Positions 17,909-19,844 of a stretch of 19,844 nt of DNA are shown in pieces. Source of the stretch: Longivirga aurantiaca. GTDB taxonomy: Bacteria; Actinomycetota; Actinomycetes; S36-B12; CAIYMF01. Every line of letters begins with the position of its first letter. The stretch's first letter is position 1. The stretch covers positions 1 through 19,844 of the forward strand of contig NZ_JBHSTI010000031.1 of assembly GCF_042660085.1 (NCBI RefSeq), given 5' to 3'. The notes under the pieces were generated by a model. That model worked only from the letters and a program-made list of their open reading frames with translations, ran no database searches and was not told where the DNA came from. The translations under genes and the position numbers were made by a program.

Positions 17909-18820
17909 GTCGCTGTGCGCCCGCAGCCAGGGGATGAGGGCGGCGTCGAACGCGGCCGGGTCCTCCTCCTGCGGGAAGTGCCCGACGCCGTCGAGGTCGA
18001 CCCGGTCGTACCCGGCACCGGCGTACTCGTCCGAGCCGTCGACGCTGCTCGGCAGGATCGCACCGTCGTGCAGGCCGTGGATCTGCAGCACCGGCACGAC
18101 CACGGGCTCGGCCACGACGGCCTGGAACCTGCGGCCGTCCCGGCGCGGGATCGACCGGATCGCCCAGCGGTGGAACTCCACCGAGCAGTGCGCGGTGTTG
18201 GGCACGAGCATCGCCGACCGGTAGACCGCGGCGGTCTCCTCGTCGGGCCAGGCCGAGCCGGACCAGCGGCGCAGGAGCTGCTCGACGAGCGCGGCGTCGT
18301 TGCGGGTGAGCTGGCGCTCGGGCACGAACGGCCGCTGGAACCCGACGACGTAGCCGGCGAGCCGGCGCTGCGGCCCGTCGGACAGGAACGCGCGGCGCAG
18401 CGGCGCCGGGTGCGGCATGGCCACGGTGACGATGCCGCGCGTGACGTCGGGGTGCTGCGCGGCGACGGTCCAGGCGACCAGGCCGCCCCAGCCCTGACCG
18501 ACGACGAACGCGTCGGGCTCGCCGAGCGCGCGCACGAGGCCCGCGACGTCGGCCGCGAGGGTGAGGGGGTCGTAGCCGTGCGGCGTGTGGTCGCTGCCGC
18601 CGTACCCGCGCATGTCGACGGCGACGGCGCGGAAGCCTGCGGCGGCGAGGGACTCGAGCTGGTGCCGCCACGTCCACCAGAACGTCGGGAACCCATGCAG
18701 CAGCACCACGAGCGGGCCGTCGCCCGCCTCCACGACGTGAAAGCGGCACGCGTTGGCCGTGACGTCGCGGTGGGTCCAGGGACCTTCGCGGCGGACGACC
18801 TCAGCGGGTTCGGGCAGCAC
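17897..18820 (-). CDS. Alpha/beta-fold hydrolase, EphE-like, with Gly at the nucleophile position
   Basis: LLHGFPTFWWTWRHQLESLAAAGFRAVAVDMRGYGGSDHTPHGYD...FVVGQGWGGLVAW...GVGHFPQEEDP has epoxide-hydrolase-like architecture, in the ephE position beside marP. Confidence 0.88.
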   Translation of the reverse strand: MLPEPAEVVRREGPWTHRDVTANACRFHVVEAGDGPLVVLLHGFPTFWWTWRHQLESLAAAGFRAVAVDMRGYGGSDHTPHGYDPLTLAADVAGLVRALGEPDAFVVGQGWGGLVAWTVAAQHPDVTRGIVTVAMPHPAPLRRAFLSDGPQRRLAGYVVGFQRPFVPERQLTRNDAALVEQLLRRWSGSAWPDEETAAVYRSAMLVPNTAHCSVEFHRWAIRSIPRRDGRRFQAVVAEPVVVPVLQIHGLHDGAILPSSVDGSDEYAGAGYDRVDLDGVGHFPQEEDPAAFDAALIPWLRAHSDTGL

Positions 18821-18853
18821 GGTGCGACGGCCTCGCGGTGGTAGGCAGGGAGA

Positions 18854-19393
18854 TCAGGAGGCGCCGGGCTTGGGCCCCTGGGCCGGTGCGGCCGGGGTGG
18901 TCGGCGAAGTCGCCGGCTTCGGCGCGGTCGTGAGCGCCGTCGTCGTGGCGGCGGCCGAGGGAGCCGGCGCGGCGGCCGAGGCGGTCGAGCTCGCACCGGC
19001 GGGGGCGGCGTCGGGCATCGGCTTGCGGGACAGGACGGCCTTGGTCTTCTCGATCGAGGCCGGGGAGGCCTCGAGGCCCTTGACCTTCTCGAGCTGCTTG
19101 CGGCCGACGAGACCGAGGATCACGGCGGTGATGATGAGCAGGAGGGTGACGATGCCGAACGCGGCCCAGGTGGGGAGCCACTCGTCGAGCAGCCACGCGA
19201 GGGTGAGCAGGAGGAACAGCGCCCCCGTGCCCGCGATCACCGCGGCGCCGACGAGCAGGCCGGAGCCCGACGCGACGGTGCGCGCCTGCTGGCTGATCTC
19301 GGCCTTCACCAGCTCGATCTCACCGCGCAGCAGCGTGGAGATGTCCTGGGTGACCCCCGAGATCATCGTCCCGAGGGACTGCTTCTCGCTCAC
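18854..19393 (-). CDS. Phage holin family protein (actinobacterial Holin-X type), not necessarily phage related
   Basis: SLGTMISGVTQDISTLLRGEIELVKAEISQQA...GSGLLVGAAVIAGTGALFLLLTLAWLL...WAAFGIVTLLLIITAVILGLVGRKQLEKV, with an Ala/Pro-rich tail. GTG start. Confidence 0.85.
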   Translation of the reverse strand: MSEKQSLGTMISGVTQDISTLLRGEIELVKAEISQQARTVASGSGLLVGAAVIAGTGALFLLLTLAWLLDEWLPTWAAFGIVTLLLIITAVILGLVGRKQLEKVKGLEASPASIEKTKAVLSRKPMPDAAPAGASSTASAAAPAPSAAATTTALTTAPKPATSPTTPAAPAQGPKPGAS

Positions 19394-19441
19394 GGACGTG
19401 ACCTCCTGATCGGTCCCGGGCTGGGACGTCGCTCCCCGAGG

Positions 19442-19844
19442 CTATCCATTCGACGGCTCGTCCGCGCCGCCGCCGGGATCCTGGCCGGGGACTCCTGCGG
19501 CTGTGCCCGCCGCCGGGCCGAGGTCCGGCTCCATGATCCGGTAGACGTCGGGAACGCCGTCACCGTCGTCGTCTGCCTCCTCGACGGCTGCGATCTCGGC
19601 GTACGCCCGGCGCCGGCGGCCGAGCGCCACGGCCGCGAGCAGGGCCGCCACCACGGAGGCGGCGAGGATGCCGATCTTCGCCTCGGTGAGCCGGGAGGCG
19701 TCGTCCTCGAACGCGAGCTCGCCGATGAGCAGGCTGACCGTGAACCCGATGCCGGCGAGGATGCCGACCGCGAGGACGTCGGCCCAGCGCAGGCTGGCCG
19801 ACAGGCTCGCGCGGGTATACCGGGCGACGAGCCACGCGCCGCCG
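19442..19844 (-). CDS. nhaA: Na+/H+ antiporter NhaA, C-terminal part (gene continues beyond the window)
   Basis: Open frame from the window edge: GAWLVARYTRASLSASLRWADVLAVGILAGIGFTVSLLIGELAFEDDASRLTEAKIGILAASVVAALLAAVALGRRRRAYAEI..., typical NhaA C-terminal helices. Confidence 0.88.
   Translation of the reverse strand, partial: GGAWLVARYTRASLSASLRWADVLAVGILAGIGFTVSLLIGELAFEDDASRLTEAKIGILAASVVAALLAAVALGRRRRAYAEIAAVEEADDDGDGVPDVYRIMEPDLGPAAGTAAGVPGQDPGGGADEPSNG

Noticed and set aside
16246-17937. 563-aa plus-strand ORF overlapping NUDIX and marP
   Set aside because: Arg-rich out-of-frame translation; MarP motifs are in the other frame.
18854-19393. Possible prophage remnant because of the 'holin' family name
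   Set aside because: Holin-X/DUF1469-type proteins are ordinary chromosomal membrane proteins in actinobacteria. No integrase, portal, lysin or att site is visible.

Overview
High-GC actinobacterial chromosomal window. It matches the conserved neighbourhood around Mycobacterium tuberculosis Rv3669-Rv3683 and Streptomyces wblA (recalled synteny, not a database result). On the reference strand it holds: a truncated tRNA-Pro(CGG); a metallophosphoesterase; a GatB/YqeY-domain protein; a class A penicillin-binding protein; a WblA/WhiB4-type regulator; two ArsA/Get3-like ATPases; a 51-aa DUF4177-like ORF absent from the ORF track; a RidA-family protein; a NUDIX hydrolase; an MBL-fold hydrolase; a SHOCT-like membrane protein; a DUF2510 membrane protein; a TreS-like GH13 enzyme; Crp; an RsiG-like coiled-coil protein; endonuclease III; a TlpA-like lipoprotein; a CoA-pyrophosphatase-type NUDIX; a MarP-type protease; an EphE-like alpha/beta hydrolase; a Holin-X family protein; and the NhaA C-terminus. 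I see no phage, CRISPR, toxin-antitoxin or defence island. The points most worth a second look are: (1) an RsiG-like protein with a degenerate c-di-GMP signature beside crp; (2) three strong inverted repeats, two of them 29 bp, in the 229-bp divergent region between that gene and nth; (3) an atypical TreS-like GH13 gene starting 7 bp after the crp stop; (4) an EphE-like protein with Gly at the nucleophile position; (5) compact promoter and terminator arrangements.
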